Below are positions 27,975 to 40,376 of a stretch of DNA of 64,000 nucleotides, piece after piece. A program made the translations under genes and the position numbers. Location of the stretch: assembly GCA_012295275.1 (NCBI GenBank), contig CM022669.1:7254001-7318000 (forward strand). The letters are read 5' to 3'. Within the stretch, counting starts at the first letter, position 1. The number at the start of each line of letters is the position of its first letter. The notes beneath the pieces were generated by a model. The model made no database searches and had not been told where the DNA came from. It was given only the letters and a program-made list of their open reading frames with translations. The DNA comes from Chrysomallon squamiferum (lineage: Eukaryota > Animalia > Mollusca).

Positions 27975-29690
27975 TTGTTTATTGCCTTTGTTTTATTTTT
28001 TTACTTCTGTTTTTACTCTTGATTTTGACCAGGAAAAAAAATAAAACATAAATGAAAATTGAAGTTGTCTATATACAAACATACAAGTGAAAAACATATT
28101 AAAATAGTTTTATATTACTTTTTAAATTTTGGAATCGGTTATAAAAAGAGAACTAAAGTAAAAAAAATATTTTTTAAATTCTGTGCCAACAGACAGTCAT
28201 AAAAGCTGATATTGGTTTAGAATTGTGTCTTTAAATAGTGGTTTGAAATAATAGGAAAAAAACATTCATGAAAGGACCTGAATCATCTCTGAAATGTGAG
28301 AAAATGGCTTGTGTCATTAGCCTATTTTTAATATATGCATAGAAAAGATAACTTTTATTTAATGTCTATTGTCAGGTGGTGAGTTCAACGAATGGAGAAT
28401 TGGCACCGGACGATCCCACTGCTGGACATTCAAATACACCAATAACAGCACAGCAAGAAATTGAGGTCATCGATGAAACAAAGTATGTTCTGTTCTTTCA
28501 CTGCTCCATTCACATAAGAGTAACTGGTCAATCAAATTCACTGCTTTTAATCAATATTAATTTTTTTTAATGAGAGTACTTTATTTAGCACAGCTTATCC
28601 AGGAAAGTTTCTTGCGTATTTTACAAAGGGCAGAGGTAAAAGTTGTAAAATGTTGAATGTTTGTGTTAAAATGAAGTTATTTTTACTCTCTGTTTTGGTT
28701 AATAATTTAAAATTCCAGTTAAAGTTTCCTTTAGTTTTTATTTACATGTTGTTCACTTGACAGTTTGAATTATCATTTCTAAACTATTGCTCTTTCTGAT
28801 ATAAATTTGTTGCAAAAAGGAATTCTGTGTTTCCAAATCATAAATAATGTTTATCATTCCAGATTATCATGCCAAATTTCAATATGGGTATAATTTAAGC
28901 ATTTCATATGGATATCATTTAAAAAGTTTCTTAGCTTTTCTACCAACCATAAGTTTATTTCAATACATATCTTCATTCCAACCCTCTTTCTTTCTTTTTG
29001 GACAAAATGATTTTAAATTTTTCATGTTTACCATGGAGTATACACAAATTACCGTATTAGAAGTCATAATTTTCAATATGAAATAATGATGGGAAGGGGT
29101 GAAAAAAAAAAAAAAAAAGGATAAAATATGGGCATATAAAACAAAAAAAAAGATTTAATTTTCTTTGGCAAAAACCCCCCTTAAAAACAACCATTTTCCA
29201 TAAACCATTATGCTGCACTAAATAAAAGACAGTGGTGACCACCCTGTTACTTCGTGCCACAGGTTGGTACAGGAGTTCACTTCAGTATACACAGTGGCTT
29301 GGACCTGGTATTGTCTGCTTTCAGGTGCTGTTTCTTCCGGCGACGCAGGAAAAAGAAGGGCCGCCAGACCTAAACCAGGAACTTGTGGAATATATCCTCT
29401 TTCCTTTGTTCTTTCTATCAGCTGTAGAGATTTTCTTTCAAGAGCCATCAAAAAATAATTTTGAAAAAAAACAACCTCATAAACAATGTTATAAATTAAA
29501 AAAACAAACAAATTAATAATAAAAAAAAACTAACTTAATTTACCACTAAACAGTCACCATTAAAAAGAAAAGAAACTAGGAAATGCTGTAATGGCTGCCA
29601 ACCATGTGGTTCCTGTATTCCTTCATGTGTGATTGTATTTCATTCCCAGTATGCCCTGTGTGTGTTGAAGTGGATTAAAACCCTACATTT

Positions 29691-29730
<40 letters not shown>

Positions 29731-29973
29731 GTTATTATTATTGTTATTATTTGGTTCCTGGCATCGTACTCCATGATCTTGTACTCTGCTGTCACTTCTT
29801 TTTGGTGAACAAAAAACAAACAAACAAACAAACAAATATCTATTTAGTGGCATCACTGCCGAGTTTTGTGGCTGTACTTTGCCAGTGACGTGTCATTTGT
29901 CTTGGCCTGCAGGTGCTGCGGTTGCTTCTCACGTGGACGACGGAAACGTGGTAAGACGAAACGCCAGAAATGA
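3908..29973 (+). CDS. CSNK1G: Casein kinase I gamma (gilgamesh orthologue), 11 coding exons, about 450-454 aa
   Basis: Exons 3908-4091, 4657-4697, 5476-5545, 15159-15307, 17246-17480, 19054-19224, 19531-19679, 20379-20471, 25742-25846, 28376-28482, then 29325-29373 or 29913-29973. Phases are consistent. Motifs: [81 protein letters not shown]-terminal TKCC. Confidence 0.97.
14313..14492. repeat. Degenerate ~100-bp direct duplication in CK1gamma intron 3
   Basis: taaattatctRtagcatatRaaataaa...tctgg(g)ttttgg occurs at ~14313 and ~14413. Confidence 0.5.
15371..15506. repeat. 68-bp tandem duplication (2 copies) just after CK1gamma exon 4
   Basis: ctgttaatatcaaaat.tgctacta.tttttatagtgtattgatacataaatactgttttttatggca occurs twice with 2 mismatches. 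Confidence 0.9.
23860..24850. repeat. Old, degenerate minisatellite (~37-40-bp unit) in CK1gamma intron 8
   Basis: Variants of tactgaagaagtatagtgtcattgatgatgtacattttca recur over ~1 kb. Boundaries are approximate. Confidence 0.65.
29325..29373 (+). CDS. CSNK1G: CK1gamma alternative terminal exon 11a: (K)[15 protein letters not shown]
   Basis: Acceptor ctgctttcag; phase 2 matches exon 10; canonical CK1gamma TKCC(C)FF-polybasic tail; downstream ATTAAA 29495 and AATAAA 29518. Confidence 0.9.
29913..29973 (+). CDS. CSNK1G: CK1gamma alternative terminal exon 11b: (K)[19 protein letters not shown]
   Basis: Acceptor ttggcctgcag; phase 2; a second Cys-cluster/polybasic tail paralogous to 11a. Confidence 0.88.
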
Positions 29974-30428
29974 CTCACTGCCTTTGGACAGACCAGGGAC
30001 ACTTTACCACTGCATTGCAATGAGGAATCTTGTGCAGATAGCGAGTCGAAGGATACAAGCAATCTTGACAGAGTGCAGAAGCTAAGCCCGAGACATTTTC
30101 CTGTGCTGCAAACTGGATACGTCAATCAAACATTTTTGTAGCAGCACCACGAAACGCTTAGTTGAAATGTGTATCAGTATATGTATATATATGTACGTAT
30201 GATTTAAACAAACAGGAGGAATTTTCAATTTTGTACTGAAACAAAGAAAAATATTCTTTTTTTTTTTTTTTTTTTCCTTTTTTTTTTACTGGATTACTAT
30301 TTATTGTCATTTTCAGAATGGTATATTACTAAAGCTTTAAATCCTTTTATTTTGGTTTTATTTTTTATCTTGTTTTTTGATATATATTTATTTTTTTGAA
30401 CTTGTTAAATAAAAAAAGAAAAACTATT

Positions 30429-30708
30429 TTAACCCTTTTAGCACTGACAAGATTCTGCACAGCCAAAAATTGAAATTAATAACAACCCCTGTGAATTTCC
30501 TTCTACATTTTTGTAATACCACCTTCAGCATCAATATAATCTTTATTTCTAACTGTTTTGTTTAGATTTGCAATGCCAGTGGTAATAAATTAATAAACTA
30601 CAGGCTTTATAAATTAAATTACTTTTAACATATACTTTTATTTCAAGTGGTCAGTTTATCATGCAGACAGTCGCCAAAATATCGAGCAGTTACTGCTAAA
30701 AGGGTTAA
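30429..30708. mobile_element. piggyBac-type non-autonomous element (MITE), 272 bp
   Basis: TTAA-CCCTTTTAGCA(CTGAC) at 30429 and (GTTAC)TGCTAAAAGGG-TTAA ending at 30708 give TIRs with CCC...GGG termini flanked by a TTAA target-site duplication. Confidence 0.7.
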
Positions 30709-30911
30709 TGCACTGATACAGAAAATGTGCATGGGTGAAAAATGGCACATCATGACATTTGTTTTCTTTTTAAAATAGCATTTAACAAAAAAAAACAATG
30801 CTTGGTAAATTTAAAAAGTAGGATTTCTATCCCTACCACAGATTTTGTTCATTGTTTATTAAAAGTAGAAATTAGTTATTTTTTGTTTTATTTTATTCAT
30901 GTGAGTCTAAG

Positions 30912-30942
<31 letters not shown>

Positions 30943-31913
30943 AAATCAGTTTAAAAGATGTTTGTGCCTTTCTTTCCCTTTTTTAATTTTTGTTTTATTT
31001 TTTAAAGTGTGTTTTTGAATGTGTGTGTGTGTGTGTGTGTGCATGCATGTGTGCGTGCGTGTGGTGTTAAATTTATTAAATTATTTTTTTAATCTCAAAT
31101 TGACCGTTTGAATAAATATAAAAATAAAACAAATAAACATCTTTTGGAAAAGGGGTCAAGATTTGTGGCAACTATATGTAGATATTTTTGCAATTTATGT
31201 ACAACTGTCATTGATTAATCAATTAGATAATTATACAAGATTTTTTTTTTTTTCTGTAATGACATGCATTTGTGAAGTAAACTTATTATTACTTACCGAT
31301 GAATTAATGTTTGATTGTAGCTTTTATTGTATTCAGCATTTGACCGCCTGACATACAGCAATTGATGTTTTGCATTTTTTTATTTTTTCCTTTCATTATT
31401 ATTTTTTTTTTTAATGTTTATTTTTTTTGTTTTGTTTGAAGTATGAAGAATATTAAGATAACATATTTTTTTTGAATCAGTTTTTGTCATGTATAAATGA
31501 ATGTATGACAGCTAAAGACTTTTAATCTGGCATTACCAAAGGTTAAGTGAAGTGATTCATTCTCTGTTTTGTCTGTACTGTTGATTTTTTTTTTTTTTTT
31601 TTTTTTTTTTGTACACATTATGGAAAACACTTTTTTAATTTCCTCTCAGAACAAACTCACATTAGTATCTTAAATTTCGAACAAAAATAATAATTTGTGT
31701 AACAGATTTGGGGGGGGAAGAATCTTTTTTCATGTCTATTCAGTCCATTGAAATATATATATATATATATATAAATTGATAGAGAGGATACATTAAAAAA
31801 TAAATAAATAAATATTTTAAAGAATATACACTAACTATATATTGACATACATATACATACATACACACACAAAGAGAAATAGATGATCTAAAAGTCTTCT
31901 GATTTTTAAACTG

Positions 31914-31947
<34 letters not shown>

Positions 31948-32940
31948 TTAATATTATTATTAATATTAATTTGTTTTTATAATAATATCATTCAAGATTA
32001 TTTCTTATTTTCAGAGAAATAAAACAATATTCAAGACTTTTTAAATTAACATAAAATAACTAGTAACTAATCAACACTCCAAATTAGTTTTAGTGGAGTT
32101 TTTTACCCTTTCTCCTTTTCAAATAACTAAATAATCAGCAAGAAATTAATAAATTAATAAATAAATCAATAAATGATGATAAAATAATGGTAATAACAAT
32201 AACAATAATATTAAACTAATAATAATTATAATTTTATCTATAATCGTTTTGGAAATTATAAATGACTGTATCCCTGTTTCATTTTGATATTTTCATTTAA
32301 AACAGGAATATTAAATAGCTTTTTTTATATTTGTGCCATAGATGGGGGGTTTTTGTGCATATATGTGTGTTTGTGTTTTTTTTATTCATTCAGAAATCTA
32401 CTAAAGATTATTGTTATCTGTATAGCATAAATGTCACAGGTTTTATTTCGTTCATGAAACTGACAACTTCAGAGATGTATGTTGTTGTTTTTTTCCCCCC
32501 TTTTTTTATTTGTTTATTTTAATATTATATTTAATTGACATTAATTTTATTACATGGACTTTTGTTTTTATTTTATTTTCACAAAAGCATTAAATGAATT
32601 TAGATTATTTTGGTTTTTATTCTGGATGGGATAGATTGTGTTGAAGGTAGATAATTTCAATATTGCAGCATGGTTTTAACATCTATGACTGTTATATTGA
32701 ACTAGGCTTATGGATGTTACCAAAATTACTATTAGTATTTTTATTTTTTATTTTATTCTGAGCACAACCATTCCACTAATAAAGATCAGATAACCTTTTT
32801 TTTAATTCTTTTTTTTATTGTAATTTTTCATTATTATTATTATTTTTTTTTATTAATAGAAATACTCTGCTGTTAAAAATCATTATTAAAAGTATTTTAT
32901 CATTGTATTCATATAATAAAATGGCTTTTTTTTTTATTTA

Positions 32941-32982
<42 letters not shown>

Positions 32983-35900
32983 GATTTTATTTAAATATTC
33001 ACACCAAATCTAAAAATCAGTTAACAAATAATGTTTGGTTGCTTACTGTAGACTCAAAATATTTATTAGAATGTTGCATGCTTGTGGTTACTGGTTAACC
33101 AAAATAAAAAAAAAATATATTACGTGTAGAATCTTTTTTGCTTTAAAATGTTTCATTATACAAATCAAGGACAGGGAGGGCATAGTTGTTTTATATCAAT
33201 TGTTAAATATATTGATCTTATTTGGTTAAATTTGTTCTAGAGTTAGATATTTGGTGGCTGGCAGTCTTGTGTTTTACCTGGCTTGAGACCAGAGTGTACA
33301 TAGAAAGCTTAAACTGTCAAACCTGAGTTCCTTTGTACGTTGATGCTGCACAACAATTTGTACGTGATGGAGTGGTGTATGTTGATGCAGACGGGAAGCA
33401 AGTGTGTTCAAATATTTCTCTGGTGGTGTTATTTTTACTCAGTATCTTCATTTTGTGAAATTCTGATCCGCTAGGAATATATATATATATATATATGGGT
33501 AGTGGCATCCATGTGTTGTTCCTAGCCTGTCCAAAGGCAGATGATGTCATATTGTCCACTCGCAGTGGACTTCAGCTGATTGTCATTTAACAATGTACAT
33601 AATGAAACAAAACATAAAGCCACCTCCATTTGTTGACGTGTAAATATTTCAGATAGGAAGACCATTATGTGTATTTAATGTCTTTTATATGACTGGCATT
33701 TTCTTGTGTCCCTGTGTGATCAGAATGAATGCTTTTGGGCATCTGATGTTTGTTGATATGTCACAGCACTACTCTCATTATCTTTTAGTGAAAACATCAA
33801 CTAGAGACATGTAAATACTGGTCCACAGCATTTTAATTTGCATGTAGTTGTAGTAAAGATGTATGTTCTAGTCTACAACATTTATAGTTTTGTTTTAAAC
33901 TAATCAGTTTTAAACGGTCCATGGCAGTATATATTTTCTTTTTTTTTAAATGCTAAAGTTAAGTAAAATGACGCCATTCTTAAGTTAATTTCTTTATTTA
34001 TTATTTTATTTGTCACTTATTTAGTAAAATATATAGAGTCTTTGAACTTGAAATTCTCTGATTACTATTAAACCAAGTCTTCAAAAACGGTTATAATATA
34101 GAAATATGAATATTATTTTCCATAAAAAGCATTTTGTAATATATTTTACACTGTTAGAATAAAAAATTACTAATTGCACGAAATATTTTAATAAAGAAAC
34201 AATTATTTGAATTGATAAAAAAAAAATTGTAATAATAATTAAAGTAATTATTATTATTTTCCATTAAAAAGTGTCAAATGCCGATTTATTTTTATTTTTA
34301 TTTTTATTTTTTGTTTATTATTTTCGTCAGTAACCGTTATAAATATTTTGTTAGTTCAGAATAGAAGAAACAAACCACTGCAAAATCCCAAAACTGTATT
34401 CATTTTATTATTATTATTTAAAAATAAATAAATAAATAAATAAAAAAATCTTTTGTTAAAGAAAACTGAAGGGCAATGTGATATAAACTTAGGTATTATT
34501 AATATTACAAGCGATGTTGTTGAGTGGTGTAAGATGCCCGATTTTCTTTTGCCTGAAAATGTTACAAACTGTGATTTTTGTTTTGTTCACTTTTGTTCAG
34601 AGGGCCAATTTTGTTGTTTTTAGTTGCAGGTACTATTACTTTGATGTTGTAGAATGTATTAAAAATGGACAGATAATTAAATTTTTTCCATTTTTTTTTT
34701 TTTTTTTTGTGAATAAACAATAAAAAAATAAAAAATTAATAATAATAATAATTGCAATTTTATTTATTATTTTTTTTTAAAAGCGAGGTTACCTCTGACA
34801 TCTTGATGGTATGAGTGTGAAATACATGATCGTTTTATTAAAGCTTCAGTCATATCATATGTCACATTTGATTTGTAATGGTCTTTCATACCATAATGGT
34901 CCATGGCCCAGAGCTCTCATTTTACTCTGTTCAACTGTGGGTCTGGTCTTTTCGTTTTTAATCTCCAATCATGTATATAAGCTCATAATCATCATTATCA
35001 GTTTTATTTGTCCTCTTCATTACCAGATTTATTTAAGGTGCTTTCAGACCACGCAATTTGTTGTAATGATTTATCATGTGATCTGATTCGTTACGAAATT
35101 GCTATGTTAAAATCAGTAGGCTTTTAAATAGAGAGAGAGAAAAAATAAATAAATATAATAAAATAATAAATAGATAAATAAATAAATAAAACAAGAGAAA
35201 CATTTGAAGAAGGAAAACTAGGGAAATGTTAGTCCTTGATAGCTTCTGATCATGAGCTGTAAATCATTACTTCAAATTCCGCTGTGTGAAAGCGCCATTG
35301 GTGGAAAATCAACTGAAATGGTAACGGATGTAAAGTTTGTCCTGTTAACTTTTCTAAGAAGTTTGTATTAATTGTATGTGTTCATTGTGCATGCGAGGAT
35401 TTTAATGTGATAACTGGTACCAATGAAAAAGGAACGGAGTTCCATGTCAGACTTTGCACATTGGGATTCCTTTTTAGATTCCTTGTAGATAAACCCAAAT
35501 TCGTGTAGCCATCTGTAGTAAGGAAACCAAATCGACAGGGATTTAACGCTTACATCATTTGCAACCTTTCTGTTAGTTTTTATTCAGTCATGATAGTCGT
35601 GTTGCTACGCATAAAGAACAATTTGTCATTTAATAACAAAAATAAGTAAATAGAAACTCTGTATTTAAATGGGCTGGTAACATATTTAGTGCATTTTAAA
35701 AAAATTGAAGAAATTTAAAAATTCTCAAGCTATTAATCCTGTAAGTAAATAATTGAACCAATAAAACCTGAACATTTGAATAACTAATACAATAAGCTTT
35801 TTGTTTTCCTTTGTTGACTTTTTTTTTTTTTCTTTTTTTTGTTCTTTTAATGCAACGTAAGACGTGTATGTATACAAATTTTGTTTTGAGTTGCTTCCCT

Positions 35901-36177
35901 TTAAATAAATCTCTAAATACTATATTCGGATTTGGCCTGATTACCGAAACGTAATTTTATATTTAAATGTATTCGTATTTTGTTTAATACACGCACTGTT
36001 TTGAATTGAAAATAATTACTATCAAAAGATTACGCGAGTCTTTTAACAAACAAAACAAAAATAACAAACAAATAAATAAATAAATAAATAAATAATATGC
36101 AACATAAAATATAAACTTTTTTAAAAAATGAATGTTTAAATTACTTTTATTTATTTTAAATTATTTATTTGTTTATT

Positions 36178-36210
<33 letters not shown>

Positions 36211-36868
36211 TTAAATCATGATCGTAACATGAGTAAAAATATTTTAAATAACACAAACTGAATTTTTAAAAGTAAATTTACCTGAAAAAAAAAAAAAAAA
36301 TATATATATATATAATAAAAAATTATTAACGGAAATTTAAAACACTATCCAACGTAATATTAATATATATAATAACAAACATGATTCAGTAGTCTTGTAA
36401 TCAACATTTATATATTAAGAATTAATGTAAAATTTTCGAATGTTCTTTACGTGTAGCCACGACTGCCATCTATAACGGCTCTTGGTCATTTAAACAAGCT
36501 GCTGTACTCATCAGAGACGTCATTTTAGATGAAAAAAATGATGGAGAAAACTTGGGCGATATATTATATATATATATAAATACGTAAATAAATAAATAAA
36601 TAAATAAATATATATATATAAATATATAATTATATCTTTGTATGATTTGTATTTTAAATATACCAAATGTAACTTTGTTTGTGCTGAATACATGATAGAA
36701 ATGAAGCAATTTGTTCAATTACCTGCCGTGGTCTTCATCTGAAATAAACAATTTGAAGCAGCATTTTTTTTTTCTTTCTTTTCTTTTTTTTCTTTTTATT
36801 TGATGACTTATTTGCGTCATGTGTACTGAAATATTTGATACGTACATTCCAGTTGTATTATTATTGTT

Positions 36869-36913
36869 CTTCTTCTTCTTCTTCTTCTTCTTCTTCTTCT
36901 TCTTCTTCTTCTT

Positions 36914-36981
<68 letters not shown>

Positions 36982-37020
36982 TGTTATTATTATCATTATT
37001 ATTAATAGTAGTAGTAGTAG
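36869..37020. repeat. Compound microsatellite (CTT)n-(TTA)n-(GTA)n
   Basis: Direct reading; it produces the spurious polyF/polyK/polyN ORFs. Confidence 0.95.
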
Positions 37021-37480
37021 TATAAATATGTTTTATGTGGGTAAGAAAACACGACAAATTAAAGTTGAAATGACTACCATTTTACGATCACCAAATTATA
37101 AAAATCAGTAAAGGTAGGCCATATTACAAAACTTGTGTGTTTTTAGTAGTAGTAATAATAAGAAAAAGAAGAAGAAGAATGTTATTCAATTATTTTTGCC
37201 TCTAACAGCCAGAGCCGTACATATTTGACATCTAAAGAGCATTAACATTAAGCTGTTGAGGTATTCTTTTACAAGCTCGTTCAAAACGAACCCACAGGAC
37301 GTGTATTTTATGTGTCAGAGCTAAAAGTAAACAACAGGCACTCATTTTTCACTACGATATAACAGAGAAAAGTGAAAAAAATCTAAGTAATATGTAAGTA
37401 AAATATTGATAAAATCTTTTTTTGTTTATACGATTTCCCGAATAAAGTTTTGTTTCATAACAATTGAAAAAAAAAAAAAA

Positions 37481-37512
<32 letters not shown>

Positions 37513-38217
37513 TAAAAAATTATAAAATCTGCTAAATTGTATATCGTCAGCTAAAATAATAATAATAAAATAATAATAATAAAAATATATATATTGGTAA
37601 TTGTATCCTGTAATCTACCTATAAACTACAGGTCAGTGAAGCTGTTGGAGACGGAAAATATCCACTTCTGCAGCTTAAGGAGTTCGATCAAATACAGACC
37701 TAGCCAGACATTCAAACTAACACGTAGAGCAATATCTGTGGTTTGAAGTAAGCACTATTCCAAATTTCAGCTTATCAGCAATGGGGTATTGCGGTTTCCA
37801 TTCAGGGCACGGATTAGTAACTCATTAAACGAGGATTGATTCAGAGACCTTTCACGACTCATGGGAAACAGATAACCACCAAACTACTCTGCTGGAACTG
37901 TAATTAACAAAAAATCAGAATTATTCTTTAAAAATGTACACATATATAGCACTAGAAAGATTGTAAAATATCTAAGAAAGCGAAAAAGGAATTTATCAAC
38001 TTCGTTACTGTATTAGAAAAAAAATTAATAGCGTGATTTAAAAAAAAAAAAAAAAATTATTTGTTGATAATAAAATGGCATAAATGGCAACCTCTGTGAT
38101 TTCGCCCATCTTATCAAAATATAATTACCAAAGTTGGTGTCTAGAAACAGAGCAGTAGCTTACACGATATTATAATTATGAGAGAAAGAAACCAATAGCT
38201 TTCAGTATACGAATCTT

Positions 38218-38305
38218 GTTTGAACTATTTATTTCTAGCACCAACATATGCTTAAGATAGTTTGAACTATTTATTTCTAACACCAATACATTCTTAAGAT
38301 AGTTT
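38218..38305. repeat. 42-bp tandem duplication
   Basis: gtttgaactatttatttcta.caccaa.a.at.cttaagata occurs twice. Confidence 0.85.
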
Positions 38306-38791
38306 TACATTATTAAATGAAGAATTTAAAAGAAATTTGCTGCCATCACACTTCGGACTATCCTCAGGCAAACACATCAAACATCTTTCCAAAAGCCATA
38401 CAACTACAGCCATAAACAGACCACTACAGAGGACTGAACCAACGGCCACTGCCGAGATTTGAACCAACAGCCGATCTTACGACTCGTTTTCTACAAGTTC
38501 TATCGTGGAAAATCAAGTAGAATGACGCCTCTGTCTGACCAATAAAAGATTAACAAAAGGGAAAAAAACATAAAAGTTCTGTTTTGCATCTTCCCCATTA
38601 CTCAGGATTTGATTGAGATTAATGTGTAATAAAACTTGTAAATTTGGTTATTCAAATATTTAATTTGTGTCTGCCTAGAAATTATCTTCTTTTTTTTTTT
38701 TCTTTTTTTTTTCTTTTAATCATTGAACATGTTTTAACAGGTAATCGCGCCCCAGAGCGTATCTTTAGGTGCAACAAGAGCCGTAAATATC

Positions 38792-38828
<37 letters not shown>

Positions 38829-39508
38829 TGTTTACTAACAGCCAACATCATGACAACGAAATCATACGACGATATGATCTATTCGGAAACACAGTTACGG
38901 CAAACACTAAAAAAAAAAAAAAAAAAAAAAAAAGTAATTAATATCGCCTCGCCGTTTTGTGTTCGTCAATCTGCGTGTGTTTACATTATGCTACAGATTC
39001 TACAAATATTAATCATTTCCATACATCTCTTCAGAAAATAATATTTTTTCTATTGACAAGCACTACGTACATTACAAGTGGATAGGTTACGGCCTGTTAA
39101 CCTTTTCATAGCGCCTAATATCCGCGATAATCTTCACGTTATTTGTTTGATAAAGTATAATGAACTCCAGTTTTGGGAGGACATATTATTACATTTATCA
39201 TTTGATCTAGATTAGAAGTAATTTTATAAGTAATACAACACACTTTATAACAAATACGAATTGACTGATACCGGCGACAGGTTTGCACACGTTCCTGTAC
39301 GACTCTATACGAGATTGTGTTTTGAGGATTTATTTCGCAATAAGTCTTTTTAATTCCTGACGGGAAAAGTTGTTTGATTTAAAAATGGTGTTTGCTTTTT
39401 TAATAACGTCACGACAAACATAATAATAATCATTTTAATATACATATACATACTGTTTATAAAAGATTCTATCAACTATTCAGTAGGTGAAATTAATTTT
39501 GCGTTGTC

Positions 39509-39541
<33 letters not shown>

Positions 39542-40376
39542 TAGAAGATGGCAGTTTAACTGTAGTAGTAGTAGTGAATAATAATAATAATAATAAAAAG
39601 TAAATGTATATAAAATCTTCACACCGAAGCCATAGAAAAAGAATCAACAATAATAAAAGTAAGAAAAACTATTTTCTAACTTAACACAGATCCACTTTAT
39701 TGCATGTTCTTCTTTTTTTTTTTTTTTTTTTCTTTCTTTCTTCTTCTTCTTTTTTTTTTTTTTTTTTGTATTGTGTTGTTTTGTTGTTGCTGTTGTGTTT
39801 ATCTCAGAATGTAATGATCAGCAGAAAACAAAAACAAACAAAAAATCAGTTCTAACTTATTTCGTAGTTATTTTGATAATTAATTTGATGGAACCTGTGA
39901 TATTATAGTATATATATGTTTCAGCTTTTCATAACCTACATGTTGATGCTTTAAAATTAATATTTTAATATTGCTTTCTATATATCTTCAGCATACACAC
40001 TACAGAAATAACGAAGTAATGCTCTTTTTTTGGATATAAAAAGCATTTATTTATATTTTGTGTCATAAACTGACTGAATGTCTTTAATGAATGTGTAAAC
40101 ACGAATTTATTACCTGAAATCGCATTTCCATTATGTTAATTCACCGATTTACTATAATGTAACATTATAAAACACATTCAACATTTTTAAATCACATTTT
40201 ATGAAGGTGTAAACATTTCTGATTACATTTTAACCCTGTTTAGTCAGTGTTTCTCTTTAATTGACTTATAAATATTCACACATAACAGTTATATTGATAG
40301 TTTGATCAAATGCCCAGATACACATATTTACAAAGCACAGATATATACAGTTTAAGTTTTTTGATTCTTCGACCAA

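Noticed and set aside
36450-36740. Possible 16-nt minus-strand exon (ttcag|ATGAAGACCACGGCAG|gtaatt, 36723-36738) and a protein-like plus-strand patch at 36460-36565
   Set aside because: These could not be joined into a consistent multi-exon ORF and show no recognisable homology.
37632-37703. Short plus-strand exon-like frame VSEAVGDGKYPLLQLKEFDQIQT*
   Set aside because: The acceptor lacks a polypyrimidine tract, and there is no partner exon or motif.
38330-38380. Minus-strand CCTGAGGA..CGAAG resembling a Penelope-type hammerhead core
   Set aside because: The GAAA box is not intact and there are no convincing stems I/III.
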